Virus record (IMG/VR): IMGVR_UViG_3300050821_006345
Coordinates: 32,001 to 96,000 of that record
Source of the DNA: a virus
Strand: one strand, 5' to 3'
DNA length: 64,000 nucleotides
Below are positions 19,858 to 30,997 of this stretch, one piece after another. The notes under the pieces were generated by a model that worked only from the letters and a program-made list of their open reading frames with translations, was not told where the DNA came from and made no database searches. Each line of letters opens with the position of its first letter. Position 1 is the first letter of the stretch. The position numbers and the translations under genes were made by a program.

Positions 19858-19982
19858 GATTATATCTATGTGAACAACCTTCGAACAACTTTTAGATTAT
19901 TGACTTGATTCATTGCGAATGCAAGCGTTATTTGAAATCCGACGAGCGTCATAGCCAAAAGTAAATTATCATCGTCGACATA

Positions 19983-21113
19983 CTACTGCGGATAAACCCA
20001 ATATACACCATTGCTGTTCCAGATTTTATATTCCGCCGCGCCATTGCTGTTCGCGAAGTTCGCAAAGCAACCCAACGCGAGATTGTTCGTGGCGTTGTAA
20101 AAGGCCAGCGGCCACGAATTCGACAGGCTCACGAAACTGCCCAGCGCACCAACCGTGGCCGTCAGATTTGAAAGGCCAGCCGTGTTTGCATCCATTTGAG
20201 CCGAATGCAGATTGCCTTCCACCTTCAAATCTCGAACCGTGAAATCGTGGCCGTGAAACGGATACGGCACGCCGATGTCTTTTTGATGTTTCACGTTGTA
20301 AATTGCCAGCGATTGCAGGCCGCCCGGAGGATGGTTCGTGGCCACCGTCACCAGCGCGACGTAAAGCTGGTTTGTCGTTTGCGTGTTTCCAATCTGCCAA
20401 AAGTTCGTGCCGTCACCGGACACATAAAGCACGCTGGGCGAATAAACATTCGTCATCGCCAGTGAAAAGGCCGTGATGTTCGTCACCGAGCCGAGCAGTG
20501 TCAGGCCGGGTTGCGAGAAGCCGGAATAAAATGCGTTTGAATTGAGGTTCACCGTGAGCGGATCGCCAAAGATTCCGTTCGTCGGGTTTCCATAAATCGC
20601 CAGATACCCGCTCACCGCGTTCGTATAACCATTGGTCAAAATCGTCAACGTCGTCGGGTCGGCATTCGTGGCGATGACGGATGAACTCCACAGCACGGAC
20701 ACCGTTGTATAGTTCGTGATGCTCACCAGCGAATTGCTCCAAATCCCCTGCACCGTGCCGAGATAGTTTGAGTCCGTTCCCCACACGTTCGTGAACAACG
20801 ATGTCACCAGCGGATTCAACACCGGCACGTTGTTGGAAATCCATGCGGCATGATTTGTGATTTCAGATTGCAGAAAGGCGTTGTTGGCATTCTGCTTGAT
20901 GCGCACGGTCGCCAATGAATCGCCCACCGAGATTCCGTTGGTATCAACGGCTGTGTATGGCGCATTGGTGGCCGCGCCAGCAATCCAGATATACGCCCCC
21001 GACTGGCTCTGCGAATAATTCGTGAACGTCGTCGTCGTGTCGAGGTTGGTGATTTGCGCGGACGCGGCACAGCAGAGCAGCGTGGCGATCAATGAGCTGA
21101 TTTTTGTTTTCAT
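19983..21113 (-). CDS. Thr/Asn-rich protein with Sec signal peptide (fibre-like)
   Basis: MKTKISSLIATLLCCAASA-Q; TN-rich beta composition. Confidence 0.7.
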   Translation of the reverse strand: MKTKISSLIATLLCCAASAQITNLDTTTTFTNYSQSQSGAYIWIAGAATNAPYTAVDTNGISVGDSLATVRIKQNANNAFLQSEITNHAAWISNNVPVLNPLVTSLFTNVWGTDSNYLGTVQGIWSNSLVSITNYTTVSVLWSSSVIATNADPTTLTILTNGYTNAVSGYLAIYGNPTNGIFGDPLTVNLNSNAFYSGFSQPGLTLLGSVTNITAFSLAMTNVYSPSVLYVSGDGTNFWQIGNTQTTNQLYVALVTVATNHPPGGLQSLAIYNVKHQKDIGVPYPFHGHDFTVRDLKVEGNLHSAQMDANTAGLSNLTATVGALGSFVSLSNSWPLAFYNATNNLALGCFANFANSNGAAEYKIWNSNGVYWVYPQ

Positions 21114-21388
21114 AATTTAGGCCATTTGTTTTCAGGGCAATCTTCCGTCGTCAAAAAAGCCTTGTGCAGCATCAATCCATCCATCCAGCAGTTGCACTTG
21201 TTGCAAAAGCGCGCCGTGCCGTCTTTTGACACGGACATGAATTCACACTTCATGCAGACCGCCATCCGCGCCGCGATCTGTTCCGGCGTGCAGCGCGTTT
21301 CCTGTCCCGCCAGTTTCGCGCCAGCGTAACGCACGACGGCTCCGCTGCCATTGACGGCTTGCTTGATGATTTGTCCACAGCACGGCAT
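21110..21388 (-). CDS. Cys-rich small protein (DUF6171-like)
   Basis: RMAVCMKCE..CNKCNC..KA..EDCPENKW. Confidence 0.65.
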   Translation of the reverse strand: MPCCGQIIKQAVNGSGAVVRYAGAKLAGQETRCTPEQIAARMAVCMKCEFMSVSKDGTARFCNKCNCWMDGLMLHKAFLTTEDCPENKWPKL

Positions 21389-21392
21389 AAAA

Positions 21393-24300
21393 TCAGATTC
21401 CAAGTCCCCCGCCATCGGCACCCGGCAACGCGCCTGTGCCGGACGGTTCCGCCAATTGGCCGTTGCCCGGCGGTTGGATAAATCCGCTGGCGAGCGGCAG
21501 GACATATTGCACATTCACCGCGCAATGATCGTGCGTCATTTCACGCCAGTCGGCGCACGCCATATACTGCGAGTAAATCGAAACCAGTTGCGTGGTTGCG
21601 ACATTGGCAGTGCAACCGCCCAGCGAACCGAGCCGTCCGGCGTCACCGGCAAGGGCAGGCATCGTCGTGCCGCTTCCGTATGGGCCGCCAAACGTCACGC
21701 CAACCGCCAATCCCGGCGCGCCGGCGGGAAGTCCGATCACAGGCTCGACAAGCGGATGAAAACGATAATAGGTGATCGGAACCAGCGTGTCGGTTTCTGA
21801 CGGGCCGTCCGTGCATGGCGATGGCTGCATCCGCAAGAGCTTGCTGCCAGTGCCGGATTCAGAGGCCGAACATTGCTGCGGCGCAAGCCAAAACGGATCG
21901 GCCACGGCCGGCAAAAATGCGCCATGCCACTGGCTTGGATCGAAGCACGATTCGTAGGCGATGTTGCCAAATGGCAGCCGATAAATCGGAACGCCAGCGG
22001 GAAAAGATTCCGCATTCGGCGAACACAGCAGCACGCTCGGTTTGCCCGAAACAGGCGCGAGCGTTCCTTGAACTTCAGAATATGCCGTGCCGCCGTTTTG
22101 CCGATACGTCGTCTGCCACGTCTGCGCGACGAACTGGTGACGCGAACAGGTGTAATCCCATTGCGCCGTATCCTGCATGATGCCCGCGCTGGCGATGAAG
22201 CCGCCGCCAGTGTAGGGCTGCGTCACGTCCAATGTTCCCGCCACGGTCAAAGTGTTCGAGTCCGGCGTGGCCGTAACCACCGTCTCGCCGTCGCCAAGGC
22301 CGGCGATTTTGTAAAAATCAATCTTGTCCGTGTAACCGTGGCCATCGCCGTTGCCGCAAAGCCAATGTGGTTCGGTCGTGGTGAGCGTTATGACACCGGG
22401 ACTCGTCTGGACGGCGGATGAAATTCCGATGACCGAACCAATCGCGCGGCACGTTGGAAACTTTCGATAGCCGTAAAAATAATTCGTCGGGTCGAGGCAA
22501 ATTTCGCTCGCGCCGGGCGTATAATTGCGGGCATCAATGCCGTTGCCGCCGCCAACGCACGTCGGATTTTTTACCGCATCCGGCGGCGCGGCGCTGTAAT
22601 CCACGACGAACCGGTCGCGTCCGAACGGCCGCGCCAGATTCACCGATGGCCACGCCTCCAAAATTTCCGCCCATTTGTAAAGCATCAATCCCTCTCCGGC
22701 CACAAGCTGGACCAGCGAGCCGCCGGTGACGGGACAGTAATTTCCGTCGGTCAGCGATGTCCATTGCGTCGCCGTCTTTGGCAGCGGCGCGGCAGCCCAT
22801 TGTCCCCATCCGGTCTGGCAAACTCCGCAGCCGCCCGATTCGGATCGCAAATCGCAAATCTCCTGGACACTCTGGCTGAAATTGTAGCAATAGTCATTGT
22901 CCACAGACTGCGGCACGCCGATAAGCTTGCCGGTATATTGAGACCACGATGGGTTATATGTGATACTGCCGCTCCTGGCTCCGGTTATCACTCTCGTTTG
23001 CACCGTGCCGTCAGGAGAAGTGGTTGTCACGTCCGATGGTGTCCAAGGCGTCGTGCATTCACCGAGGCTCAATGGATAAGTCGGACCTGCGCTCACAGCA
23101 TCGCGCGTTACTAGCGGCACGAGCCACGTCTCGCCGTCTTGACGCCACGGATAAACAACGTCATCACCGAGATTCCACGCCGTCGCGATTGCCGCCGCGT
23201 CATTGTGGACATCGGCAAAGGTGTGGGGATCGCTCAAGGAAACCGAAAATTCATAATCGTAGGAAACACTGTCGTTGAATTGGTTGACAATTGCGCCCGT
23301 TGAATCTGTGTCAATCTGTGTCCAGGTGGAACTGCCCGTGATTGTAAAACCAAATCTTTCAGTGTCACCAAAAGCCACCAGACTGCCGACACATACAAGG
23401 CTCAAAGAGGATGTGCCGCCCCATTGATTTGAGCGGCCACTGTAGTTAAAATCAGGGTCGGAATTGTAGGCGTCAAAATTAAACAAGCGCACGGCGTTGA
23501 TCTCGTCAATCGTTCCAATAAAAGTGAAACCCCCGGATGGATTATTGGCCTGACTCGTAGGCGCCGGAACGATGTATCTTCCGCAACTACTGGACGACAT
23601 CGAAAGCGGCACGGAAGGAAAACTGGGCGCGGGAAGGGATGTTTGATATCCGGCCACGCCAATGGCATCGCCCGGATTGAAACCATTAAGCCCGCAATCG
23701 TCCTCCAAATCAACCGTTGCGATGTTTTTGAAATTGTTGCTGACTTCGTTGAAAAGTGACGTGGCCTTGGTGCTTGACGAGATGCTCGCGGAATTGGTCG
23801 GATTTCCGAAAAGATCCACGGAACTTGTCGCGGTCAGATTATATTTCGCCGTGCCGGTGGAATTGCCGACGTTCGCCCCGCGCAGTTCGTAAAACTTGCC
23901 AGCATAGGTGACGCTGCCCGAACTGATCTGGACGGCAGTGCGGTATTTTGTCTGCGGATTTCCCAGCGTCGGGCAGCATTGTCCGTCGCCCGGGTCGTAA
24001 AATCCAAAAATCCCCGGCCACGTTGCCCGGACCGCCACGCCTTTCCAGCCGGGCAACTGGCATTTCTTTTGCGGCTTGTAAGCCGGGTTCAATGTCCACA
24101 CGTTTTGACCCGTCAGGTTGCCGGGAGCGGTCTCAAACCCGCAGGAAATCATGGTCGAATCCGTCGCGGTCGGATTGTAGGATTTGCCGCAGTTCGGTCG
24201 CCCCAGCGGAAAACCGCAGCCGTCGGTTTCTTCGTTGCCGCCGCAGGATTGCCACGGTTGCAGGAAGCCGCCGAACGCCGTCCGAATGTCCACCGTCACG

Positions 24301-24398
24301 GAAGAGCCATCCGCTTTCTGCAACACCACCGTCGGATTGTCCAGATACTTCGGCGGCGGATTCGGATCGCAGCAGCAACATTTATTGAATCTTCCCAT
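21393..24398 (-). CDS. large Cys-rich tail/structural protein
   Basis: About 1000 aa starting MGRFNKCCCC; lies in the tail operon. Confidence 0.7.
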   Translation of the reverse strand: MGRFNKCCCCDPNPPPKYLDNPTVVLQKADGSSVTVDIRTAFGGFLQPWQSCGGNEETDGCGFPLGRPNCGKSYNPTATDSTMISCGFETAPGNLTGQNVWTLNPAYKPQKKCQLPGWKGVAVRATWPGIFGFYDPGDGQCCPTLGNPQTKYRTAVQISSGSVTYAGKFYELRGANVGNSTGTAKYNLTATSSVDLFGNPTNSASISSSTKATSLFNEVSNNFKNIATVDLEDDCGLNGFNPGDAIGVAGYQTSLPAPSFPSVPLSMSSSSCGRYIVPAPTSQANNPSGGFTFIGTIDEINAVRLFNFDAYNSDPDFNYSGRSNQWGGTSSLSLVCVGSLVAFGDTERFGFTITGSSTWTQIDTDSTGAIVNQFNDSVSYDYEFSVSLSDPHTFADVHNDAAAIATAWNLGDDVVYPWRQDGETWLVPLVTRDAVSAGPTYPLSLGECTTPWTPSDVTTTSPDGTVQTRVITGARSGSITYNPSWSQYTGKLIGVPQSVDNDYCYNFSQSVQEICDLRSESGGCGVCQTGWGQWAAAPLPKTATQWTSLTDGNYCPVTGGSLVQLVAGEGLMLYKWAEILEAWPSVNLARPFGRDRFVVDYSAAPPDAVKNPTCVGGGNGIDARNYTPGASEICLDPTNYFYGYRKFPTCRAIGSVIGISSAVQTSPGVITLTTTEPHWLCGNGDGHGYTDKIDFYKIAGLGDGETVVTATPDSNTLTVAGTLDVTQPYTGGGFIASAGIMQDTAQWDYTCSRHQFVAQTWQTTYRQNGGTAYSEVQGTLAPVSGKPSVLLCSPNAESFPAGVPIYRLPFGNIAYESCFDPSQWHGAFLPAVADPFWLAPQQCSASESGTGSKLLRMQPSPCTDGPSETDTLVPITYYRFHPLVEPVIGLPAGAPGLAVGVTFGGPYGSGTTMPALAGDAGRLGSLGGCTANVATTQLVSIYSQYMACADWREMTHDHCAVNVQYVLPLASGFIQPPGNGQLAEPSGTGALPGADGGGLGI

Positions 24399-24399
24399 A

Positions 24400-24984
24400 T
24401 CAAGTTGGGCAGCCAGAGAGGTTGAACCAAACCGATGAGGTATTATCTCCACCCTTCAAACACGTCCATAAATCAACTCCGGGAGTGGCGTCGTTGATAT
24501 GCGTGATGTCGAGATATGTGTCTGGCGGCTGGGTGGCCAGATAGAATGTTGCGCCAGAACCGCCCCCGATGATGTTTGTGGCCGATGCTGGAATGGATGG
24601 GTAGGCAGAGTAAACACCATAATCATTGGTGCTAAAGTCCAGCAATGCTCCGGTCGGGTCCACATTGTCCGCAATTAGTATAAGTGCGGATGAAAATGTT
24701 CCTCCCACCACAATCATCGTATCGTCTTCTGCGTATCCAGAGCCGGAAGATGCGAGAGATGCACCAAGCACCCATCCCCCGGACGCGCCGCAGTATTTTC
24801 CGTTTCCTGCCAGCAGGACATCGGATGTTCCTCCGCTGGCAATGTTTGGTTTTCCGACACCAATAAACATTCTTTGAGTCAGAACAAACTGATCGGAAGG
24901 AATGCTGATGATGGCCGGCGCATTGCCCACCACCGCATGGGTTGGCCGGAACCTTGCAGTTGGAGTCTGTGGAAGGGTGGCCAT
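24400..24984 (-). CDS. tail structural protein
   Basis: SSGSGYAEDD...GGGSGATF beta motifs; coupled to the hub gene. Confidence 0.65.
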   Translation of the reverse strand: MATLPQTPTARFRPTHAVVGNAPAIISIPSDQFVLTQRMFIGVGKPNIASGGTSDVLLAGNGKYCGASGGWVLGASLASSGSGYAEDDTMIVVGGTFSSALILIADNVDPTGALLDFSTNDYGVYSAYPSIPASATNIIGGGSGATFYLATQPPDTYLDITHINDATPGVDLWTCLKGGDNTSSVWFNLSGCPT

Positions 24985-27215
24985 TAGTTATTCAGCGATT
25001 GGTTGTTAATCAAATCTTGCAGTGCCAAATTTAACACACCATCTCCTTCTGGCAACTCCGACTGCGATTGTCTTCCGGTGATCCTTAATCCGGCGGTGGC
25101 CGTGTTGGAATCCATCTGCGCGGTTATTTTTTGTGGGTCTGATGGATCAAGCGAGTTGGGGTCTTTCACCTGCGAAGCGCCAACCACCACCGACACGTTG
25201 CCGTTGTGGTCGGCCTGTGCGACTGGCGAGTATATTCCAAGGCCCACGCTCTCTGTTGCGTATGAACCGCTGTTGTCGCTAAACCTGAAGGTGATTATTC
25301 GGTTGCGAATGACGCGGACAAGCTCAACCAAGTCAGATGCCCCAAGATTTTTCTTCGGGCCGAACGATACTTGCGTGGTTCCTTGGTCGACGTTCTCGTC
25401 AATTTGAACCACCATGGCGTTCATATCCTCCCAGTTTGGCGACATGTTAAGCACCTGCCCCAACTCAACTATTCCGCTGCATTCATCCTCCGTTATCGTT
25501 ATCTCGCCATCATATTGCAGTGCCTCCACCGATTCGTAGAGCAGCTTAGCCAGTCCGACTGGAACCGGCTCTGCATAGGTTATTCCCTGCGAGTTGTTAT
25601 ATGTGCCGCTGGCAGCCGACGTGGATTGAAGTGTGGTCTGAATGGGTGCGATGATCTGCTGGCCTCCCAATGTGTGGTAAAAAATGGTTGCTGTGACCTG
25701 TTCGCGGGAAGAGTAAACGCTCATCCAGTCGGCGATGGAGCCGGATATAAGCTCGTTGGGAAGCAGCGTGTAATCAATCGGATTCCCGTTTTCATCCACC
25801 GGATTCCGGCCGTTGAGCGTGATGGAGTCAACAATGACATCCGACTGACGGGCCAGCGGCCACTCCTTCCTCCCCTTCCACCAGTTAAAGGCGTCTCCAG
25901 AAGTAACCGACAGTCCATCCTGCATATCCGGCAGCGGGCTGGTCACCAAGTCCGCGTATGCTCCGGAGCTGTATCCGCGCAGGTCGATGGTGTTTATCAT
26001 CGCGCAGAATCCGTAGGTTGGCGATCCTGCGGGATAGACATCCACCACCCGCGTCATGTAGTTGAGACCATTCACGGTGTTGTTCTGCTCGTAATTAATT
26101 CTGACGAACGGGACTTTCAGGTCGTAGCGAGGATTGATGGAAACAGCGGACACGTCGGCCCCGCCCAATATCGGAACCAACTGGTCTGTTTCATTTCCAC
26201 TTCCTGAAGTAAGCTCGATGACCCCGAAATTAAACAATCCCGGAATAAGCACGGCATCCAGCGAGCTTCTTTGGTTGATGTGGAATGTGGGCGGCGTGGT
26301 TGAATAGTCAAACCACGCGACGGCATCTGGAGACCAACGCAGCTGGTTTCTAATAACCTCCGCCACCGATATATCGCGCTGTTCGGACACCACTGCCGGA
26401 ACTTCTGGAGAAACCGTGGCCGACCTATAATACGGCTTAGCCTGTGCCTGACTTGTGAGAACCGTGGGCGGAACCGTGGATGGAACGGTCTGGACTGCGC
26501 CCATCTGAAAAGCTGGCGAGCCAAGAATCTGGGTCTGGGCGTCCTGTGCATTCAGCAGTGCCTGCGTTATCTGCTGGCCAGTGTCCCTTACAAGACCGGA
26601 AAAATAAGTGACGCCAAACGAGCTTGTTATCTCCACGGTCTGCACCCGTCCATAGCTGTCGAAAATCCACGAGTTAAGGAAAACATGGCTGGTTGGCTGG
26701 AATCCGAATATTGCACCATCTGCCGCCCGAATCAAAAGATTGCCGTTGTTGTATGGAATGGCCGTCTTAAACCACGAAGGCCAGTTATGTGTGTGTCCGT
26801 CCGTGCCGACATACGTTCCGCCTACAATCGTTGACTGGTAGTCAGAGGATTGCGGGACGGCTGGGGGTGTCAGGTTTCTGATGTTGGTGATGAATCCAAC
26901 ATAGGTTTGCTCAAAAATCTGGTTCTCGAAGAAATACCACGGCCCGGATACCTCGTAGGAGTGTGACTCCTCCTGCGATGTTCCCTTCACCGGCGTCTTG
27001 GTTACGGTTCCTTGGAACCACGGAACTGTGTTCTTGTAAATGACGACCTTATCGCCAAAGTTAAGCTGGTTCGCGGCGTCGATGTTCTGGCCTTCGGCAT
27101 CAAAGGTGCAAGTATCAACGCCCTGCGACACCAGCTTGCGATGCATGTTCACAAAGAACCACGACGCAAATGACTGGGCTGGATGACCGTTCTGTGATAA
27201 AGTCCAAGTGGCCAT
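24984..27215 (-). CDS. tail hub/tip protein
   Basis: Follows the tape measure; WFQGTVTK N-terminus and MVVQIDENVDQGTTQVSFG hub-like C-terminus. Confidence 0.65.
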   Translation of the reverse strand: MATWTLSQNGHPAQSFASWFFVNMHRKLVSQGVDTCTFDAEGQNIDAANQLNFGDKVVIYKNTVPWFQGTVTKTPVKGTSQEESHSYEVSGPWYFFENQIFEQTYVGFITNIRNLTPPAVPQSSDYQSTIVGGTYVGTDGHTHNWPSWFKTAIPYNNGNLLIRAADGAIFGFQPTSHVFLNSWIFDSYGRVQTVEITSSFGVTYFSGLVRDTGQQITQALLNAQDAQTQILGSPAFQMGAVQTVPSTVPPTVLTSQAQAKPYYRSATVSPEVPAVVSEQRDISVAEVIRNQLRWSPDAVAWFDYSTTPPTFHINQRSSLDAVLIPGLFNFGVIELTSGSGNETDQLVPILGGADVSAVSINPRYDLKVPFVRINYEQNNTVNGLNYMTRVVDVYPAGSPTYGFCAMINTIDLRGYSSGAYADLVTSPLPDMQDGLSVTSGDAFNWWKGRKEWPLARQSDVIVDSITLNGRNPVDENGNPIDYTLLPNELISGSIADWMSVYSSREQVTATIFYHTLGGQQIIAPIQTTLQSTSAASGTYNNSQGITYAEPVPVGLAKLLYESVEALQYDGEITITEDECSGIVELGQVLNMSPNWEDMNAMVVQIDENVDQGTTQVSFGPKKNLGASDLVELVRVIRNRIITFRFSDNSGSYATESVGLGIYSPVAQADHNGNVSVVVGASQVKDPNSLDPSDPQKITAQMDSNTATAGLRITGRQSQSELPEGDGVLNLALQDLINNQSLNN

Positions 27216-30200
27216 TATCTGAACATCCTCCCTTGGTCAACCGTCTTTTTAATTCCTGCAACTTCTTCGTTGGTAGCCGCGAGCGACCGCAATAGCGTGT
27301 TCATGGTGTCTGGAATGATGGCCAGTGTTTTTTGAATCGCCGCGAGCATGGTCTGAACAGATTGTGTTGCGCCATGAGCGGCGTCGAGTGCCCCGCTGCC
27401 GTGCGGTGTGTCGCGATGCGCCGGAAAATCACGGTGGTATTGAGCGTCCTCTGATGGAGGAGTTCCGTAAGTTTTCTTGTGATCCGGAGATGTCCATGTG
27501 CCATCTCCGTTATCGATGTCTCCACGATCGCGATGGAATTCACGAACGCGGACGGCTGAAGCCTCTTTTCTGGCTGCCGCTTTAGCCTGCCAATCAGCTC
27601 CACCAAACTCCTGCTCCCACTCCTTGTCACGCCTTTCTTTATCTGATGCGGCTTGAGATTTATAGAACGCATCCCTTTCAGCCTCCGTGGTCGTTTTCCA
27701 CCCATTCTTGGCGGCATCAGCAGCGGCCTGCTTCTTGTAAAAGTCATCCTTTTCCTGACCAGACATATGTATATTCCATTTGTTTTTTACTGCGTCTGCC
27801 TCGCGTTGTTTTTCGTAAAAATCATCTTTTTCAGATGCGGTCGGATTTAGCCATCCATTTGTTTTGGCATCGTCTGATGCCTGTTTGGCGTAAAACGCGC
27901 GATTCTCTTCGGCAACCTGCGATTGAGACTTCCCAGAATCGTCCCTCCAACCGTTTGTGGCGGCGTCAAACTCAGCCCATTCAGCCGCTGATGAAGGAAT
28001 CTTGTTCTTATACTTAGCCACCACATCCGATGGAACAACGATTTCACCCTTGTGAACGATTCCGGCCACAGCGTCGGGATGACCATCTCCTGTATATCCG
28101 CCGTCGGCGAAGCCAGGAAGACCAGAAGTGGATGGCTTTGTAACATCCGGACTAGCAGCACCCTTGACAGCCAATTCCAGCCTAATAGACTCTAGAATCC
28201 TGATAATTTGATACTGCTCGCCGGCCAGTGATTGCTTGTCCTGATCCACTGCAAGGCCAGGTGTTCCGGCGTTGTTGTCCGGATTAAACACGGCCGCGTG
28301 CTGGCGGATTATGTCTGCAATCGGCGCGCCCTGCTCGCCCAGCGCGCGAATCAAATTAAGCAGGTTTTCTCGCCCTTTTTCAAATTCAACCAGCTTCAGC
28401 TGCATCTCAATCATCTGGTTGTCACGGTCGGTGCGTATTTCTGGACGCTTCGCCAAGGCGTCGGCTGCCGCAGTGTCTATCCTATCCTTGGTATATCTGA
28501 GATTGTTCAGTTGATGAATCTTGTCGATGGCCGATGTTCCAGCCGCAACAATCTGCGGCACGGTCTCCGTCTTCAGCACCTCCTTAAGTGATTCATTGGC
28601 CAGCGTCAGCTGCGCCTGCCTGAACTGCTTGTCAAATGCGGTCTGGCGGGCGGCCATTTCGCCAGCATAAATCGGATCATTCTTTCCGCGAAGCGGGTCG
28701 TTGGCGTTGCCGTAAAGCTTGTCTTTTTGCTGCTGAAGGGCGTTTAAATTTTCAGGAGTGAGAACGTTTGCCGCATTTAACGCTGTTGTATTAAGACTGG
28801 CGGCGGCGATGTCTGCCGCTGCTTGCGCGTTTCTTACTGGTGCCAATTCCTCCCATAACTGAGACCTTTGCAAATAAAGCTGCGTTATCTTTGCCAAATC
28901 CTGTTTTTGCTCCTGAAGCGCATAAATCAGTTTAACGGTGTCTCCAGCGTTGCCAATCTGACCAGTCGCTCCTTGGTTTGATTGATTGTAAAGCGCCGCT
29001 GCCGCTTCGGGGTGGTCTTTGGCCAAATCTTGAACAGCTTGGTTGATGCTTTTTATAGGGCCTTCGCCCATGTTCTTGTATTTATCTAGCGCGTTAACAA
29101 TTGCCGGAAGATTGTCGGATATGGCCTTTGGCAACTCGGCCTTTTTACTCATCATCTTGTCCGTCGGAGACTGCGTTGAATCAAGCAGTGACTGGATATA
29201 CTCCTGTTGTGCCGCCGCCTTCGTCACTTTCTGCCCCTTGTTCGTCAGAGCGATTCCGGCACCCTTCATTTGCTCCGCAAACTCTGGCGTTCCGTTAAGC
29301 AAGTCGCTTATGGAATCATCTGTTCTTTTAAGGTTTGTTGTTGTGTTTTCAGCTTGGCGAGCCCTGTTCTCGGCAACTTTGTTGGCAGCATCATAGGCAG
29401 CTTCCGCCGCCGGAACTGCGTTCCTTGCATCATCAATCTCTTTCTGCTTGGCGGCAATGGCGGCCTCATCAGTTTTATTGGCCGCATCCATCTTGTTGCG
29501 GGCATCCTGTAGCGCTGTTTGCGCCTTCTCCTTTGCCGCCTGATCGTCGTTGATTAGTCCCAATGTCCGCATCAGCTCAATGCGCGTATTCAAAAGATTT
29601 ATCTCGCCTGTTTCGTGGGAGGTAAGCTCGGCAAACTGGGCATTGATGGCATTGGTGGTGTTGGCCATCTGCGTCTGAAGCACGTTTGTGTCCTTCATTA
29701 TCCTCTGAATCTCTAGATGAAATTTATACGCGCTCTCGGAGATCTTATCATTCATCTCCCTGACTCCGTTCAGGTCGCCAACCAGACCTGGAACATGAAT
29801 GGCTTGCCCCATGAAGTCTTCAAACGCCTTGTCCGCCTCTTGGGTGCTTTCCTTTATCTTTCTAAATATGCCCTCAATCGCAAAGAATCCAACCGATGCA
29901 GCTGTAAGTGCCGGAAGAACCCCTGCGCCCTTCAGCCCAAGAGATGAAAGAAGGAGTCCAAGAGAACCGGGCGTTCTTGAAACATTGCCCGACATCAACT
30001 CGCGCGTAATCACCATCGCCTCGCGCATGGCCACTGTGTTTCCGTGGGTTGCGCCGGTTTCAGCGTGTTGCCCGGCTGCTGCTGCGAGCGCCGCTTCAGC
30101 AAGTTGTTTCTTGACAAGTGCCGCCTCGCGTTCCGCGATGGTATCCCTGATCTGAATCGCACTGGAAGATGCCAAAACCGTCGCATACTTGGCTTGCGTC

Positions 30201-30937
30201 GCCTCCAGTGCCACAGTTTCAACACCCGCAGCCTTCATCACTGGCAGCTTGGCAGATATTGCATCGTGCGCCTTCTTGATGGCAAGATACTCGGCCTCGG
30301 TGGAAATCGTGAACGCGGCGGCAGCAGCCGTTGATGTGGTCTGTGCCTCGGCAACAGATGCAACCGATGTCGCCAAAGCCTTGTTGTCTGCTATGGTCAT
30401 CTCGACATATTTGTCGTAGTCCTCCAGCGCGCCTTCAAGCTGCTCAATGCGGGCTTTCTGCACAACTGTGGCCTCTGATGCCTTGGTTCTCGCCGCCACT
30501 AGCTTGGTTAACTGGTCTAATTCCACCAGCGCGGCGGCCTGTTGGAATTTGTTTCCAATGGCCAGACCTTCTGCGTTCGGCGACGACGGCGGAGGATTTC
30601 TATATTCTGATAATGGCGTCCTTGGACTTGGATCACCCATTGCGATATTTACCGGAAGGCCATCTCCTCCAGCGTGCGACCCAGTGATTTTGATGTTCGC
30701 TTCACGCTCCGCTTTTAACTCCCGCCAAGCAACCAACTGTGCTTCCAGTGATTCGGTGGTCTTGGCGATGGCCTGATCCTCGGCTGCACTGATGGTTAAC
30801 GAAGAATCGGCACGCGACTTGGCCGCAGCTTCAGCCGCCTTGTTTGAAGCGGCAAGCTGGTCGAGCGTGGACTTTGCTTCCTTAGCCGCCGCTAAATCGG
30901 CAGCTGTAGAAACTTTAATGATTATTTCATCTGGCAT
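27215..30937 (-). CDS. tail tape measure protein
   Basis: 1240 aa Ala-rich helical ORF, hydrophobic segment, FADGGYTGDG..AGIVHKGE motif. Confidence 0.8.
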   Translation of the reverse strand: MPDEIIIKVSTAADLAAAKEAKSTLDQLAASNKAAEAAAKSRADSSLTISAAEDQAIAKTTESLEAQLVAWRELKAEREANIKITGSHAGGDGLPVNIAMGDPSPRTPLSEYRNPPPSSPNAEGLAIGNKFQQAAALVELDQLTKLVAARTKASEATVVQKARIEQLEGALEDYDKYVEMTIADNKALATSVASVAEAQTTSTAAAAAFTISTEAEYLAIKKAHDAISAKLPVMKAAGVETVALEATQAKYATVLASSSAIQIRDTIAEREAALVKKQLAEAALAAAAGQHAETGATHGNTVAMREAMVITRELMSGNVSRTPGSLGLLLSSLGLKGAGVLPALTAASVGFFAIEGIFRKIKESTQEADKAFEDFMGQAIHVPGLVGDLNGVREMNDKISESAYKFHLEIQRIMKDTNVLQTQMANTTNAINAQFAELTSHETGEINLLNTRIELMRTLGLINDDQAAKEKAQTALQDARNKMDAANKTDEAAIAAKQKEIDDARNAVPAAEAAYDAANKVAENRARQAENTTTNLKRTDDSISDLLNGTPEFAEQMKGAGIALTNKGQKVTKAAAQQEYIQSLLDSTQSPTDKMMSKKAELPKAISDNLPAIVNALDKYKNMGEGPIKSINQAVQDLAKDHPEAAAALYNQSNQGATGQIGNAGDTVKLIYALQEQKQDLAKITQLYLQRSQLWEELAPVRNAQAAADIAAASLNTTALNAANVLTPENLNALQQQKDKLYGNANDPLRGKNDPIYAGEMAARQTAFDKQFRQAQLTLANESLKEVLKTETVPQIVAAGTSAIDKIHQLNNLRYTKDRIDTAAADALAKRPEIRTDRDNQMIEMQLKLVEFEKGRENLLNLIRALGEQGAPIADIIRQHAAVFNPDNNAGTPGLAVDQDKQSLAGEQYQIIRILESIRLELAVKGAASPDVTKPSTSGLPGFADGGYTGDGHPDAVAGIVHKGEIVVPSDVVAKYKNKIPSSAAEWAEFDAATNGWRDDSGKSQSQVAEENRAFYAKQASDDAKTNGWLNPTASEKDDFYEKQREADAVKNKWNIHMSGQEKDDFYKKQAAADAAKNGWKTTTEAERDAFYKSQAASDKERRDKEWEQEFGGADWQAKAAARKEASAVRVREFHRDRGDIDNGDGTWTSPDHKKTYGTPPSEDAQYHRDFPAHRDTPHGSGALDAAHGATQSVQTMLAAIQKTLAIIPDTMNTLLRSLAATNEEVAGIKKTVDQGRMFR

Positions 30938-30997
30938 CTGGCCGTAAGATTAAGCCAGATTCAGCCAAGACACAACCAGCCGATTACCGCGAGAAGA

